Shown: positions 11,237 through 33,531, counted from the first letter of the stretch. The stretch is 47,553 nt of DNA from a bacterium (GCA_046331705.1 JAXLQJ010000056.1:1-47553); one strand, 5' to 3'. Numbers and translations are program-made. Notes: a model not told the origin generated them from the sequence alone.

Positions 11237-11575
11237 TCAGCGTTCGACGAGCTCGACGGTGATGTGGCTGGTTCGCTTCCGAATCGGTGTGCCGCGGCCC
11301 ATGGCGCGGGGAATCCAACGCTTCCAGGTTGGGCCCTCGTCGACCCACGCGCGCGCGACGACCAGGCGATCGACGTCGAGCTTGCCGGTCTCCTCAGCGT
11401 TCGCGACCGCGGACTTGAGCAGCTTGGAGATGGTCTTGGCGGCCGCCCGACGGCTGAACATCAGCGTCCGCTGCGCCTCGCCCACGGACTTGCCGCGAAC
11501 GAGATCGACGACCTTTCGCACCTTGTAGGGTGCCTGCCTCACGTAGCGGGCCTGCGCCCGAACCTGCTCATCCAC
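11237..11575 (-). CDS. rplV: 50S ribosomal protein L22 (GTG 11575 with upstream GAGGGAG SD)
   Basis: PYKVRKVVDLVRGK..SAVANA..PRAMGR..IRKRTSHITV. Confidence 0.98.
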   Translation of the reverse strand: MDEQVRAQARYVRQAPYKVRKVVDLVRGKSVGEAQRTLMFSRRAAAKTISKLLKSAVANAEETGKLDVDRLVVARAWVDEGPTWKRWIPRAMGRGTPIRKRTSHITVELVER

Positions 11576-11656
11576 GACCGTTCTCCCTCGACCGTTGCTC
11601 ATTCCGAGAATCACGTGCCGGGGACGATCCCGTGGCCCCCGGGCCCGCGACGAACG

Positions 11657-11941
11657 TCACTTCTTCACGACCTTGGTCTTGCGATCACCCGCGTGCGCGT
11701 GGAACGTCCGCGTCGGGGCGAACTCACCGAGCTTGTGGCCCACCATGTTTTCGGTGACGAACAACGGGATGAACTTCTTCCCGTTGTGAACGGCGAAGTT
11801 CACACCGATCATCTCTGGCGTCACCGTCGACCGCCGAGACCACGTCTTGATCGGTTGACGAGTCTCGCCCTTGCGATACTCCTGAACCTTCTTGCCGAGG
11901 CTCGGCTCGACGTACGGTCCTTTGCGCAGCGAACGGGGCAT
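11657..11941 (-). CDS. rpsS: 30S ribosomal protein S19
   Basis: [30 protein letters not shown]. Confidence 0.99.
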   Translation of the reverse strand: MPRSLRKGPYVEPSLGKKVQEYRKGETRQPIKTWSRRSTVTPEMIGVNFAVHNGKKFIPLFVTENMVGHKLGEFAPTRTFHAHAGDRKTKVVKK

Positions 11942-11984
11942 CTCGAGGCTCTCCTGTAACTGTCTTCGACCAGCGAGTCGCGTC

Positions 11985-12806
11985 TCACTTACGACGCTTC
12001 AAGATCAAGCGATCCGAGTTCTTCTTCTTGCGCGTGCGGTAACCCTTGGTCGGAATGCCCCAAGGCGTACACGGATGCCGTCCGCCCGAGCTCTTGCCCT
12101 CGCCGCCTCCCAAGGGGTGGTCGATGGGGTTCATCGCGACGCCGCGGACTCGCGGGCGCCATCCCAGGTGACGATTGCGACCGGCCTTGCCGATGGCGAC
12201 GTTGCCGTGGTCGGTGTTGCCCACCTGGCCGATGGTCGCGCGACACTCGAGACGCACCAGCCGAACCTCACCCGAAGGCAACTTCAGCGTCGCGTGCGCG
12301 CCTTCCTTGGCGAGCAACTGAGCTGCACCGCCAGCCGACCGCACGAGCTGCCCGCCGCGCCCGGGCTTGAGCTCGATGTTGTGGACCGTCGAGCCCGCGG
12401 GAATCGACCGCAGCGGCAAGGCGTTGCCCGGCCGGATGTCCGCACCCTCGCCCGACATCACGACGTCACCGACCGTCAGACCGACCGGCGCGAGAATGTA
12501 ACGCTTGTCGCCATCTGCGTAGTGAAGCAGCGCAAGGTTCGCCGATCGATTCGGGTCGTACTGAATCGAGGCCACCTTCGCCGGTACACCGTCCTTGTCG
12601 CGGCGAAAATCGATGATGCGATATCGACGGCGAGCGCCGCCGCCGCGGTGCCGCGCGGTGATGTGGCCGTGCGCGTTGCGCCCACCACTCTTGCGCAGCG
12701 CTTCCGTCAAGGAGCGCTCGGGCCCTGCCGGCGCCAAGCCGGGGTCCACCACCGCGGTCTGGAACCGCCGTCCAGCGGAGGTCGGTCGGAACGTGCGAAT
12801 CGGCAT
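11985..12806 (-). CDS. rplB: 50S ribosomal protein L2
   Basis: [36 protein letters not shown]. Confidence 0.99.
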   Translation of the reverse strand: MPIRTFRPTSAGRRFQTAVVDPGLAPAGPERSLTEALRKSGGRNAHGHITARHRGGGARRRYRIIDFRRDKDGVPAKVASIQYDPNRSANLALLHYADGDKRYILAPVGLTVGDVVMSGEGADIRPGNALPLRSIPAGSTVHNIELKPGRGGQLVRSAGGAAQLLAKEGAHATLKLPSGEVRLVRLECRATIGQVGNTDHGNVAIGKAGRNRHLGWRPRVRGVAMNPIDHPLGGGEGKSSGGRHPCTPWGIPTKGYRTRKKKNSDRLILKRRK

Positions 12807-12818
12807 CGGAAAACTCCG

Positions 12819-13106
12819 TCAACCCTGCTCGAAGAACTCGATGGTGTCGCCGGCGCGAAGCTCGACGACGGCCTTCTTCCAGTCCGAGCGCTCCCGCAGA
12901 CGCGCGCCCAGCCGCTTCACCTTCCCCTTCACCCGCGAGGTCCGGACGTCGAGAACGTGAACCTTGAACAGATCCTCGATCGCCTTCCGGATCTGAGCCT
13001 TGTTCGCATCCAGGCGAACCGCGAAGACCACCTGATTCGCGTCCTCCTTGAGTCGAACGCTCTTCTCGGTGACGATCGGGCGCAGCAGTACGTCGTAGGT
13101 GTTCAT
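12819..13106 (-). CDS. rplW: 50S ribosomal protein L23 (ATG overlapping rplD stop)
   Basis: [36 protein letters not shown]. Confidence 0.98.
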   Translation of the reverse strand: MNTYDVLLRPIVTEKSVRLKEDANQVVFAVRLDANKAQIRKAIEDLFKVHVLDVRTSRVKGKVKRLGARLRERSDWKKAVVELRAGDTIEFFEQG

Positions 13107-13728
13107 GGCTTGCCGAGCCTCCGGCAGATCTCCGTCAACGCGCCGCGAGTGAGCACCAGGTGCTCGTGCTTGAGCACGTCGAAGACATTGAGCCCCGCAA
13201 CACGGATCGCCTTGACCGTCGGAAGATTCCGCGCGGCGCGCTCCAGCGCGGCATCCTGCTGATCCGACACGATCAGCGCGCTGCCGACGCCGATCCTCTC
13301 CAACCCCTGACGCAAGAGCTTCGTCTTCCCGTCGCCGAGGTCGAATCCGTCGACGATCACCAGCTTGCTCTCCTGCGCGCGCAGGCTGAGCGCGGACAAC
13401 AGCGCGCTTCGCCGCGTGCTGCGGGGCAGCCGGTACTCGAAGCTGTGCGGCTTCGGTCCGAAGATCGTCGAACCGCCACGCCACAGCGGGCTCCGGCGGC
13501 TTCCCACCCGCGCCCGCCCAGTGCCCTTCTGCTTCCAGGGCTTGAGACCGCCGCCTCGCACGTCGGAGCGCGACTTGGTGGACGCACAACCACGGCGCCG
13601 ATTCGCGAGCTGCATCACGACCGTGTCGTGAAGCAGGTGCCCCCTCACCGCGACCCCGAAGATCGCGGTGTCGAGCTCGACCGGCGCCAGCTTTTCCTGG
13701 CTCGCGCTGAAGCAATCTGCAGTTGCCA

Positions 13729-13729
<1 letters not shown>
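13103..13729 (-). CDS. rplD: 50S ribosomal protein L4
   Basis: [37 protein letters not shown]; full-length N-terminus. Confidence 0.99.
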
Positions 13730-14037
<308 letters not shown>

Positions 14038-14108
14038 CGTTCACGCACCGTCCACGAGTCGCACGCTCCAGCCGTCCAGTCTCTTGCTCGACACGTTCGA
14101 GAAGCAGC

Positions 14109-15302
<1,194 letters not shown>

Positions 15303-15374
15303 GGCTGATTCCCCCTGTCCAGGATCCGCCGATCGTGGCGGTAACTCACCCTGATGAGTGCTGGTTCCTCTGCT

Positions 15375-17465
15375 TCAGTTTTCGTAGTGGTGCACCAGTC
15401 GATCGGCGACCGCTCTCGGAACGGGCTCATACCGATCGAACTGCATCGTGAAGCTCGCCCGACCCTGCGTGGAGCTCCGTAGCGACGTGGCGTAGCCGAA
15501 CATCTCGCACAACGGAACGAGCGCGCTCACGACCTGCGCCCCCGCGCGCGCCTCCATCCCGGACAGTCGACCACGACGCGACCGCATGTCCTCGGTCACC
15601 ACTCCGACGTACTCCTCGGGCACGACGACCTCGAGCTTCATGACCGGCTCGAGCAACGTCCCCTCGGCGTGCAACGCGGCGTCGCGCATCGCGAGTGACG
15701 CGGCGATCTTGAACGAAAGCTCCGACGAGTCCACGGGATGGAAGCTCCCGCCGACGACCTTGACGCCCACGTCGACCACCGGGTAGCCGGCGTACGGGCC
15801 GACATCCAGCGACTCGCGGACACCCTGCTCGACGGCCGCCACGAATTCCCGCGGGATCGCGTCGCTGCCGACCTCGGACTCGACGGTGATGCCACCGCCC
15901 GCCTCGAGCGGCCTGACCTCGAGCTTCACATGGCCGTACTGACCGTGGCCTCCGGTCTGCCGGACATGGCGCGCCTCGCCAACCGCGGGACGCGTGAAGG
16001 TCTCCTTGAACGCGACCTGCGGCTTCCCGACGTTCACACCGACACCGAAGTCGCGACGCAGACGCTCGACGAGCACCTCCAAGTGGAGCTCGCCCATGCC
16101 CGAGATCAGCATCTGCCCCGTCGCTTCGTCCGTGCTGACGCGGAACGTCGGGTCCTCGGCGACGAGCTTCTGCAACGCGGCGGCAAGCTTGTCCTGGTCG
16201 GCCTTGGTCTTCGGCTCGATCGCCTGCGCGATCACGGGAACGGCGAAGTGCATCGACTCGAGCAGCAACGGGGCCTTCTCGTCCGCGAGCGTGTCGCCGG
16301 TCGAGGTGACGCGCAGGCCGACGGCGGCGACGATGTCTCCGGCGTACGCCTCCTTGACCTCCTCGCGTCGATTCGCGTGCATCTTGAGAAGGCGCCCGAT
16401 CCGCTCGCGCTTGCCCTTGTTGACGTTGAGGACGGCACTTCCCGAAGACAACGTGCCGGAATAGACACGCAAGTACGTCAAGTGACCGACGAACGGGTCG
16501 GTGAAGATCTTGAACGCCAGCGCCGCGAGCTTCTCCGTATCGCTGGCCTCACGCTGCTGGTCGGGCGGATCCGTCGGCAACGAGCCCACCGAATGACCGG
16601 ATACCGGCGGGATGTCGGCCGGTGACGGCAGGTAGCGCACGACGGCGTCGAGCAGGGGCTGAATTCCCTTGTTCTTGAAGGCGGACCCCATGAACACGGG
16701 ATGCACGGCGCCCTTCAACGTCGCGCGCCGGACCGCGGCGATCACCTCGTCCTCGGACATGGACTTGCCGCCGAGATAGCCCTCGAGAAAGACGTCGTCG
16801 CTCTCGGCGAGCGATTCCAGCATCTCGAGGCGCATCGCCTCGGCTTCCTCGCGCAGCGCTTCCGGCACGTCGGTCTCTTCCAGACGCGCCCCTAGCGATC
16901 CCTCGTCCCATTGCACGGCACGCATCCCGACGAGATCGACCACGCCCGAGAAGCCCGACTCCAGACCGATCGGGATCTGCATCGGCAGAGGCCGGGCGAG
17001 CAGACGATCCTTCATCATGCGAATCACACGCTCGTGATCTGCGCCGACGCGATCCATCTTGTTCACGAATGCGATGCGCGGCACTTGGTATCGCTCGGCT
17101 TGTCGCCAGACCGTCTCCGACTGCGGCTCCACTCCACCCACTGCACAAAACACCGCGATGGCACCGTCGAGAACCCTCAGGCTTCGCTCGACCTCGGCGG
17201 TGAAGTCGACATGACCCGGCGTGTCGATGATGTTGATCCGGTGATCCTTCCAGAAGCAGGTCGTCGCTGCCGACGTGATCGTGATGCCTCGCTCCTGCTC
17301 CTGCTCCATCCAGTCCATCACCGCCGAGCCGTCGTGAACCTCACCCATCTTGTGGGACACGCCCGTATAGAACAGGACGCGCTCCGTGGTGGTCGTCTTC
17401 CCCGCGTCGATGTGGGCCATGATCCCGATGTTTCTCGTGCGGGAAAGCGGTACCGTGCGCGGCAT
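15375..17465 (-). CDS. fusA: elongation factor G (real start ATG 17465, 696 aa)
   Basis: [40 protein letters not shown]. Confidence 0.98.
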   Translation of the reverse strand: MPRTVPLSRTRNIGIMAHIDAGKTTTTERVLFYTGVSHKMGEVHDGSAVMDWMEQEQERGITITSAATTCFWKDHRINIIDTPGHVDFTAEVERSLRVLDGAIAVFCAVGGVEPQSETVWRQAERYQVPRIAFVNKMDRVGADHERVIRMMKDRLLARPLPMQIPIGLESGFSGVVDLVGMRAVQWDEGSLGARLEETDVPEALREEAEAMRLEMLESLAESDDVFLEGYLGGKSMSEDEVIAAVRRATLKGAVHPVFMGSAFKNKGIQPLLDAVVRYLPSPADIPPVSGHSVGSLPTDPPDQQREASDTEKLAALAFKIFTDPFVGHLTYLRVYSGTLSSGSAVLNVNKGKRERIGRLLKMHANRREEVKEAYAGDIVAAVGLRVTSTGDTLADEKAPLLLESMHFAVPVIAQAIEPKTKADQDKLAAALQKLVAEDPTFRVSTDEATGQMLISGMGELHLEVLVERLRRDFGVGVNVGKPQVAFKETFTRPAVGEARHVRQTGGHGQYGHVKLEVRPLEAGGGITVESEVGSDAIPREFVAAVEQGVRESLDVGPYAGYPVVDVGVKVVGGSFHPVDSSELSFKIAASLAMRDAALHAEGTLLEPVMKLEVVVPEEYVGVVTEDMRSRRGRLSGMEARAGAQVVSALVPLCEMFGYATSLRSSTQGRASFTMQFDRYEPVPRAVADRLVHHYEN

Positions 17466-17521
17466 GGTCGAACGATCCGAACCCGAAGGACACCGGGGCC
17501 CGGCGGGGCCGAGCCCGAGCG

Positions 17522-17992
17522 TCACCAGCGATAGTGCGCAAACGCCTTGTTCGCCTCGGCCATGCGGTGCGTGTCCTCGCGCTTCTTGATCGTGGCACCA
17601 CGACCGTTGGCGGCATCGATCAACTCGCCCGCCAGGCGCTCCTCCATCGACTTCTCGTGGCGCTCGCGTGCGAACTGAACCAGCCAGCGACTCGCCAGCG
17701 CGACCTGTCGCGCGTCGCGAACGGGAACCGGCACCTGATACGTCGAGCCGCCGACTCGCCTGGACTTCACCTCGAGCTGCGGCTTCGAGCGATCGAGCGC
17801 CTTGCGAAACAGCGCCAACGGCTCCTCGCCCGTCTGCTCCTGCATACGGTCCAGCGCGCGATAGAAGATCATCTGAGCGGTGCTCTTCTTGCCATCGCGC
17901 ATGATGACGTTCACGAACTTCGACACCAGATCGTCCCCATACTTGGGATCCGGCAAGGTCGTTCGCTTCTCGATTTCGCGTCGTCGCGGCAT
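17522..17992 (-). CDS. rpsG: 30S ribosomal protein S7
   Basis: [30 protein letters not shown]. Confidence 0.99.
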   Translation of the reverse strand: MPRRREIEKRTTLPDPKYGDDLVSKFVNVIMRDGKKSTAQMIFYRALDRMQEQTGEEPLALFRKALDRSKPQLEVKSRRVGGSTYQVPVPVRDARQVALASRWLVQFARERHEKSMEERLAGELIDAANGRGATIKKREDTHRMAEANKAFAHYRW

Positions 17993-18033
17993 TTCCGAAT
18001 CCCTCGATCTCGATGTCGACCCGAGCTAGGCGC

Positions 18034-18405
18034 TCACTTCGGGCGCTTCGCGCCGTACTTGGAACGTCCCTGGCGCCGGTCCGAGACACCGAGGGAGTCC
18101 TGCGTCCCGCGGATGATGTGGTACCGCACGCCGGGCAGGTCCTTCACGCGTCCACCGCGGATCAAGACCACCGAGTGCTCCTGGAGGTTGTGACCGATGC
18201 CAGGAATGTACGTTGTCACTTCCATGCCGTTCGTGAGCCTCACACGCGCCACCTTGCGAAGTGCAGAGTTGGGCTTCTTGGGCGTGGAGGTGTAAACGCG
18301 CAGACACACACCCCGCACCTGCGGGCAGCTCTTGAGCGCGGGCGCGGCGGTGCGGTTCCGGATCTTCTTGCGGCCGCGGCGGACAAGCTGATTGATCGTC
18401 GGCAT
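18034..18405 (-). CDS. rpsL: 30S ribosomal protein S12
   Basis: [31 protein letters not shown]. Confidence 0.99.
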   Translation of the reverse strand: MPTINQLVRRGRKKIRNRTAAPALKSCPQVRGVCLRVYTSTPKKPNSALRKVARVRLTNGMEVTTYIPGIGHNLQEHSVVLIRGGRVKDLPGVRYHIIRGTQDSLGVSDRRQGRSKYGAKRPK

Positions 18406-18500
18406 CCTGGACCTTCCCGAAGCCGACACACCGCGTCGGCCGCGCAAGAGCACACGCGGTCGTTACGCGCTGCGTCGTCGATCAGTACGTGAAAAAGCTA

Positions 18501-18529
18501 TACTTATTCGATACGAAGAGATACGTCAA
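18501..18529 (-). promoter_or_regulatory. putative sigma70 promoter of the str operon
   Basis: Minus strand TTGACG-17 nt-TAAGTA(TAG) in the only AT-rich patch between rpoC and rpsL. Confidence 0.55.
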
Positions 18530-18547
18530 GCCACCCCAAGTCCAGCG

Positions 18548-22966
<4,419 letters not shown>

Positions 22967-23019
22967 CGTGGAGCCTCCTCTAATACGCTGTTGAGTACAC
23001 CGGGCGAGGCGAGAGCGCC

Positions 23020-27204
<4,185 letters not shown>

Positions 27205-27272
27205 GCAGACCCCTAAGCGGTCAAACCGCCGGAAAATGGAATGGAACGAGAGCTACTTCAGGCGAGGACAGA

Positions 27273-27662
27273 TCACTTCACCTCGACCGTCGCACCCGCC
27301 TCCTCGAGCTTCTTCTTCACTTCCGCGGCCTCTTCCTTGGAGATGTTCTCCTTCACCGCCTTGGGCACGCCCTCGACGAGATCCTTCGCCTCCTTGAGGC
27401 CGAGCCCGGTGACGGCGCGGACTTCCTTGATCACCTGAATCTTGTTGGCGCCGAAATCCTTGAGGACGACCGTGAACTCGGTCTGCTCCTCGACCGCCGG
27501 CGCGGCGCCGCCAGCCGCTCCGCCCGCAGCCGGTGCCGCAACCACCGCCGCCGCCGCGGTGACGCCCCAGCGACCTTCGAGCTCCTTGGTGAGCTCGGCG
27601 AGCTCGAGCACAGTGCGCTTGTCGAGCCACGCCAGAACGTCTTCCTTGGTGATCTCTGCCAT
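27273..27662 (-). CDS. rplL: 50S ribosomal protein L7/L12
   Basis: Ala-rich hinge, [38 protein letters not shown] before ATG 27662. Confidence 0.99.
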   Translation of the reverse strand: MAEITKEDVLAWLDKRTVLELAELTKELEGRWGVTAAAAVVAAPAAGGAAGGAAPAVEEQTEFTVVLKDFGANKIQVIKEVRAVTGLGLKEAKDLVEGVPKAVKENISKEEAAEVKKKLEEAGATVEVK

Positions 27663-27838
27663 TGTTCCTACTCCTTTTCGCGCTTTCGTTCCCCGCCTAG
27701 CGGTTCTGGATACGTTGTGCGACGTCCGCTCCACGCGGAACGACGCTCGGATTCGTGCTCAGCTTCTCGATCATGCGAGCGGCCGTCGTCGACCGCGCTC
27801 GGCCCCGCGGCCCGATGCGACGGTCGATGCAACCCGCG

Positions 27839-28369
27839 TCACCCACCCTCGCCCAGCGCCTGACCGCGCGCGTGCAGCACCCCGACCATGTCTCGGCCCG
27901 GGGCCTGAAGGACGCCCAAGAACTTCCGCGGCGCCGCCACGAGCAGCCCGACCAGCTTGGCGCGCAGCTCGGGAAGGCCGGGCAGGGTTGCAAGCGCCTC
28001 GACGTCCTGGGGCGCGAGCTTCGTCCCGGCCAGCAACCCACCGCGCAGCTTGAGCGGCTTCTCGTCCTTCTTGGTGGCGTACTTGGTCAGCACCTTGGCC
28101 ACGGCGACCGGGTCCGCCGCCGTCATCGCGATCACGGTCGGCCCCCGGAACGAGTCGCCGAGCACCTCGACGGCGGTGCGCTCGGCGGCCTTCCGCGCGA
28201 GCCGATTCTTGACGACGTGCAGCTCGCTGTTGGCGGCGCGGAGATCGACCCGCAAACGCGTGAACTGGTCGACCGTGAAGCCTTGGTAATCGGCCACCAC
28301 GAACAGCGTCATCGTCTGGAACTTCTGATGCAGCTCGTCGACGGACTCGACTTTTTCGGTACGATTCAC
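27839..28369 (-). CDS. rplJ: 50S ribosomal protein L10
   Basis: ADYQGFTV..LR..VVKNRLA..GPT..LATLP; AGGAGG SD; lies between rplA and rplL. Confidence 0.97.
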   Translation of the reverse strand: MNRTEKVESVDELHQKFQTMTLFVVADYQGFTVDQFTRLRVDLRAANSELHVVKNRLARKAAERTAVEVLGDSFRGPTVIAMTAADPVAVAKVLTKYATKKDEKPLKLRGGLLAGTKLAPQDVEALATLPGLPELRAKLVGLLVAAPRKFLGVLQAPGRDMVGVLHARGQALGEGG

Positions 28370-28397
28370 CGGGAAGCCCTCCTGGTTGCGGTGCGAC

Positions 28398-29102
28398 TCA
28401 GGCCGTTACGCGGAACTCAGCCGGATCCACCTTGACTCCCGGCCCCATGGTGCTGCTGAGCGCGATGCTCTTCAGATAGATACCCTTGCTCGTCGACGGC
28501 TTCATCCGGTTGATCTGGTTCATCAGTGCCATGAAGTTGTCGCGGACCTGGTCGCGCTTGAAGGATCTCTTCGCGATGCCGGCGTGAACGATGCCGGCCT
28601 TGTCGACGCGGAACTCCACCTTGCCGGCCTTGGCCTCCTCGACGGCACGCTTCACGTCGAACGTGACGGAGCCGGTCTTGGGGCTCGGCATGAGACCGCG
28701 CGGACCGAGCACCTTACCCAGCTTGCCGAGGTCCTTCATCATGTCCGGCGTCGCGATGAGCTTGTCGAACTCGAGCCATCCGCCTTCGATCTGCTTCAGA
28801 TACTCGTCGTTGCCGACGAGATCCGCGCCGGCGTCGCGAGCCTCCTTCTCCTTCGCGGCGTCACGTGCGAGCACGAGCACGCGAGCGCCCTTGCCCGTGC
28901 CATGGGGCAGCACGAGGGCACCACGAACGTTCTGGTCCGCCTTGCGGGGGTCGACACCCAGACGGATCGCGACCTCGAGAGTCTCGTCGAACTTCGCCGT
29001 CGCGGTGGCGAGCAGCGTGTCGATTGCTTCCTCGACGGGATACGCCTTGTTGCGGTCGACCGCAGCGAGCGCCTTGTTGAACCGGTTGCTGTGTTTCGGC
29101 AT
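28398..29102 (-). CDS. rplA: 50S ribosomal protein L1
   Basis: [45 protein letters not shown]. Confidence 0.99.
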   Translation of the reverse strand: MPKHSNRFNKALAAVDRNKAYPVEEAIDTLLATATAKFDETLEVAIRLGVDPRKADQNVRGALVLPHGTGKGARVLVLARDAAKEKEARDAGADLVGNDEYLKQIEGGWLEFDKLIATPDMMKDLGKLGKVLGPRGLMPSPKTGSVTFDVKRAVEEAKAGKVEFRVDKAGIVHAGIAKRSFKRDQVRDNFMALMNQINRMKPSTSKGIYLKSIALSSTMGPGVKVDPAEFRVTA

Positions 29103-29122
29103 GTCTCACCTGGACGCGGGCC

Positions 29123-29548
29123 TCAGCCCGTCACCTCGATTCCCATGCTGCGTGCCGTGCCCGAGATCGTGTTGACAGCTGCCGCGAGGCTTGCGGCCGT
29201 CAGGTCCGGCATCTTGCGCTTCGCGATGTCCTCGACCTGCGCGCGCGTCAGTCGCCCGACCTTCTCGCGCTTCGGGTCGTGAGCGCCCTTGACGACGCCT
29301 GCGGCCATCTTCAACAAGACCGACGCAGGCGGCGTCTTGGTCACGAACTCGAACGATCGATCCGAGTAGACCGTGATCACGACCGGAATCGTGATGCCCT
29401 TGTCGCCTTGCGTCCGCTCGTTGAACTTGCGGCAGAACTCCATGATGTTGACGCCGTGCTGACCGAGCGCCGGGCCCACCGGGGGCGACGGATTCGCCTC
29501 GCCACCCGTGACGTGCAGCTTGATCTGCGTCACGACTTTCTTTGCCAT
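29123..29548 (-). CDS. rplK: 50S ribosomal protein L11
   Basis: [35 protein letters not shown]. Confidence 0.99.
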   Translation of the reverse strand: MAKKVVTQIKLHVTGGEANPSPPVGPALGQHGVNIMEFCRKFNERTQGDKGITIPVVITVYSDRSFEFVTKTPPASVLLKMAAGVVKGAHDPKREKVGRLTRAQVEDIAKRKMPDLTAASLAAAVNTISGTARSMGIEVTG

Positions 29549-29585
29549 CGAACCTTCCCCTCGTCACGCGCGGCGCCGCGCGCGC

Positions 29586-30119
29586 TCATGCCTTCTCGAC
29601 TTGAACGAAATCCAGCTCCACCGGCGTGGCGCGGCCGAAGATGCTCACGGCAACCTTGAGCTTCGACTTCTCCGGCTTCACCTCCTCGACGACGCCCACG
29701 AAGTTCGCGAACGGGCCGTCGATGACTCGAACGCTCTCGCCCTCGGCGAAGCGCACACGGCTCACCGGCTTCAACACGCCGGCTTCGATCTGATTGCGCA
29801 TCGCTCGCACTTCTTGCTCGGGAATGGGACTCGGATGCTGCTTGTCGCCGCCGATGAAGCTCGTCACCTTCGGCGTGTTCTGGACGATGTGCCAGGTCTC
29901 GTCGTCGAGCTCCATCTCGACGAACAGATAACCCGGGTACATCTTGCGCGACGTGGTTCGCTTCTGTCCCTTCACGAGCTCGATCGTCTTCTCCTGAGGA
30001 ATCAGGATTTCCCCGAAGCGCTCCTCCATCCCGGCTCGACGCACCCGCTCCTCCAGGGCCTGCTTGGCCTTGTTCTCGTAACCGGAGTAGGTGTGAACCA
30101 CGTACCACTGCTTCGTCAT
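29586..30119 (-). CDS. nusG: transcription termination/antitermination factor NusG
   Basis: [35 protein letters not shown]. Confidence 0.99.
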   Translation of the reverse strand: MTKQWYVVHTYSGYENKAKQALEERVRRAGMEERFGEILIPQEKTIELVKGQKRTTSRKMYPGYLFVEMELDDETWHIVQNTPKVTSFIGGDKQHPSPIPEQEVRAMRNQIEAGVLKPVSRVRFAEGESVRVIDGPFANFVGVVEEVKPEKSKLKVAVSIFGRATPVELDFVQVEKA

Positions 30120-30197
30120 TCCCATCCCCTGTGCGTGCACGCCGAACCGCGGCCTCGAGTCCAGCCTCGGTTCGCGAATGCGGGAGGCGCTACGTAC

Positions 30198-30434
30198 TTA
30201 CTGAAGTAACAAACGAACCAGGCGTGAAATTCCCCAGTCGAGCGCCCCGAGATAGCTCGCCGTCAACACCACGAGGAAGAGGATCACGCCGGTGGACGCG
30301 ATCGTTTCCTTGCGCTCGGGCCACGTGACCTTGTTCAGCTCTTGTCGTACCTCGACGAAAAACCGGCGCACCTCGGCGACGTACCCGGCCGGGCTTGCGC
30401 CTTGGTCTTCCTCTTCCTTTCCCTTGCTGCTCAT
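30198..30434 (-). CDS. secE: preprotein translocase subunit SecE (single TM)
   Basis: ELNKVTWP motif followed by one TM helix; lies between tRNA-Trp and nusG. Confidence 0.96.
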   Translation of the reverse strand: MSSKGKEEEDQGASPAGYVAEVRRFFVEVRQELNKVTWPERKETIASTGVILFLVVLTASYLGALDWGISRLVRLLLQ

Positions 30435-30476
30435 CGGCACACGCCCCTGACGTTTTCGTGGGCCTTCCCGAAAGGG

Positions 30477-30550
30477 CAGGCCAGGAGGGATTCGAACCCC
30501 CAACCCCCGGATTTGGAGTCCGGTGCTCTAGCCGTTCGAGCTACTGGCCT
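30477..30550 (-). tRNA. tRNA-Trp (CCA); 3' CCA end not encoded
   Basis: AGGCCAGTAGCTC..CCGGA-CT-CCA-AA-TCCGG..GGTTCGAATCC..CTGGCCTG, followed by CCC. Confidence 0.97.
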
Positions 30551-30586
30551 CGGTGAGAGCGTGGCGGCCCCAGCGGGTCGCGACGC

Positions 30587-30736
30587 TCACTTCGTTTCCT
30601 TGTGCTCCGTGTGCTTGCGGCAGAAGCGACAGTACTTCTTGAACGCGAGCCTGTCCGGCGTGCGCTTCTTGTTCTTCGTGGTCGTGTAGTTGCGCCGCTT
30701 GCAGTCCCCGCAAGCCAGCGTGACGATGTCTCTCAT
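30587..30736 (-). CDS. rpmG: 50S ribosomal protein L33 (zinc-ribbon form, 49 aa; not in ORF track)
   Basis: Own translation: [49 protein letters not shown]. Confidence 0.98.
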   Translation of the reverse strand: MRDIVTLACGDCKRRNYTTTKNKKRTPDRLAFKKYCRFCRKHTEHKETK

Positions 30737-30794
30737 CGTAACCGCCCCTCACTCACTCGATGCCCGCGTCCGAGCCGGCCCTAAACGTCGAGAA

Positions 30795-31988
<1,194 letters not shown>

Positions 31989-32046
31989 GGCTCTCTCCTG
32001 GAACTGCCTCGTTGTTACCGACCTTCGATCCGGCGGCTGTGACTCG

Positions 32047-32122
<76 letters not shown>

Positions 32123-32134
32123 GCGACCTCCGCC

Positions 32135-32210
32135 TGGAGCGGGAAACGGGACTCGAACCCGCAACCCTCAGCTTGGAAGGCTGATGCTCTAGCCATTGAG
32201 CTATTCCCGC
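32135..32210 (-). tRNA. tRNA-Gly (TCC)
   Basis: GCGGGAATAGCTCA..TCAGC-CT-TCC-AA-GCTGA..GGTTCGAGTCC..TTCCCGCTCCA. Confidence 0.98.
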
Positions 32211-32218
32211 CGAAGCGC

Positions 32219-32304
32219 TGGTGGACGGGGGTGGATTCGAACCACCGTAGCCAGTTGGCAACGGGTTTACAGCCCGTCCCCTTTAGCCGCTCGGGCACCC
32301 GTCC
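32219..32304 (-). tRNA. tRNA-Tyr (GTA)
   Basis: GGACGGGTGCCCGAGCGG..ACGGG-CT-GTA-AA-CCCGT, long variable arm, GGTTCGAATCC..CCGTCCACCA. Confidence 0.98.
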
Positions 32305-32394
32305 TCGACCCGCACCGTTCATCTCTCGCTTCGATCCCTCTCGCATGATTGCAGCACGTGCCCGGACTGGGCGACGGTTCGACCGGTGGCCCGC

Positions 32395-32470
32395 TGGAGC
32401 TGGCGACGGGAATCGAACCCACAACCTGCTGATTACAAATCAGCTGCTCTGCCAATTGAGCTACGCCAGC
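32395..32470 (-). tRNA. tRNA-Thr (TGT)
   Basis: GCTGGCGTAGCTCA..GCTGA-TT-TGT-AA-TCAGC..GGTTCGATTCC..GCCAGCTCCA. Confidence 0.98.
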
Positions 32471-32669
32471 CAGATCCTTCCAGTGAGAACCCGTCGCGTG
32501 AACCGACGCGACGTCCGACGGGCAGCCCGGTGGGCTCGCTGTCGATTCAGAGCCCTTCGAGCAGTTCCTTCAGGCGAGATGCTGGCCCACGCGCCGCCGC
32601 ACCAGACACCCGATGAATGGGCAGGAGCGCCCCGCCGCAGAGGCGCTCCGACACCGCGGTAAACGACGT

Positions 32670-32698
32670 TGTGTATTCGACGCGGTGCGCCTTGTCAA
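32670..32698 (-). promoter_or_regulatory. putative sigma70 promoter for the tRNA-tuf operon
   Basis: Minus strand TTGACA-17 nt-TACACA; the -35 overlaps the rlmB stop codon. Confidence 0.6.
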
Positions 32699-33531
32699 GT
32701 ATCCGGTCCGCAACGTGATTCTCGCGCGGGCCGTGGCGCGACGTTTCCCAGGGCTGCGAGCAGTATCGCGCCCGCCGCGGCGACGTTGAGCGAAGGCATC
32801 GCAATCGTGGTCGGAATCGTCAGTCGCGCGTCGAGCAGTTCCTCGACCGCTGGCCTCAGACCGCGCTCCTCGGAACCGAGGAGCAGGACCCGGTCGCCAT
32901 GTCGATCCGTGTCGACGGCAGCTCGGCCATTCGTCACCACCGCGCCGTAGAGCCGAAATCCGCTGGCGCGTAGCTCGGCTAGCTCGCTCGCCGGGTGCGT
33001 CAGTCGCACCCACCGAATGCGGCTGGCGGCCCCGGACGAGCAGCGGGCGAGCCCAGCATGGGGCCGAACGCCGCCGGTCGCCGGGACCAGCACCGCGGTC
33101 GCGCCCAGCGCCACCGCCGAGCGCACCAAGGAGCCGGCATTGCCATCGTCGGTCACGCCGTCGAGCACGACCCAGAACCTGTCGGTCTCGCGGCTCGTTT
33201 CCGCCAGCGTTTCCGCCAAGGTGGAGACGACCACCGGCGAGGTCTGGGCGGCGATGCCCTGATGGGTGTGGATGCCCGCAAGGCGATCGAGCTGGACGCG
33301 CGGCACGCGGACCACGGCGACGCCGCGGGCCTCGGCCAATCGCACGACCTCGTGGACGCGCCCGTCACCGACCTCGCGGGCGCGCTGGACGACTGCCAAC
33401 GGGCGTCCGGATTCGAGCGCCTCGCGCACCGGATGAATGCCGAAGATCCAGTCGGTCGAGCGCTCGTCGCTGCCGAAAGGAGTGCGCGGGCCACGCGACG
33501 GCCCCTGGGGTCGGCCACGTGCGCGATCCAC
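32695..33531 (-). CDS. rlmB: 23S rRNA (Gm2251) 2'-O-methyltransferase, TrmH/SpoU family (start uncertain)
   Basis: WIFGIHPVREAL, HQGIAA, LDGVTDxGNxGxxxRSA, GSEERGL, SLNVAAAG (SPOUT motifs). Confidence 0.85.
   Translation of the reverse strand: MDRARGRPQGPSRGPRTPFGSDERSTDWIFGIHPVREALESGRPLAVVQRAREVGDGRVHEVVRLAEARGVAVVRVPRVQLDRLAGIHTHQGIAAQTSPVVVSTLAETLAETSRETDRFWVVLDGVTDDGNAGSLVRSAVALGATAVLVPATGGVRPHAGLARCSSGAASRIRWVRLTHPASELAELRASGFRLYGAVVTNGRAAVDTDRHGDRVLLLGSEERGLRPAVEELLDARLTIPTTIAMPSLNVAAAGAILLAALGNVAPRPARESRCGPDT

Noticed and set aside
12819-13715. 298-aa ORF as a hidden or frameshifted L3, or an L3-L23 fusion
   Set aside because: The N-terminal part is an alternative frame of rplD with no L3 motifs; only the last 95 aa (L23) are real.
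15375-18089. 904-aa N-terminally extended EF-G, or an S7-EF-G fusion
   Set aside because: The extension overlaps rpsG and rpsL in another frame; the canonical EF-G start is at 17465.
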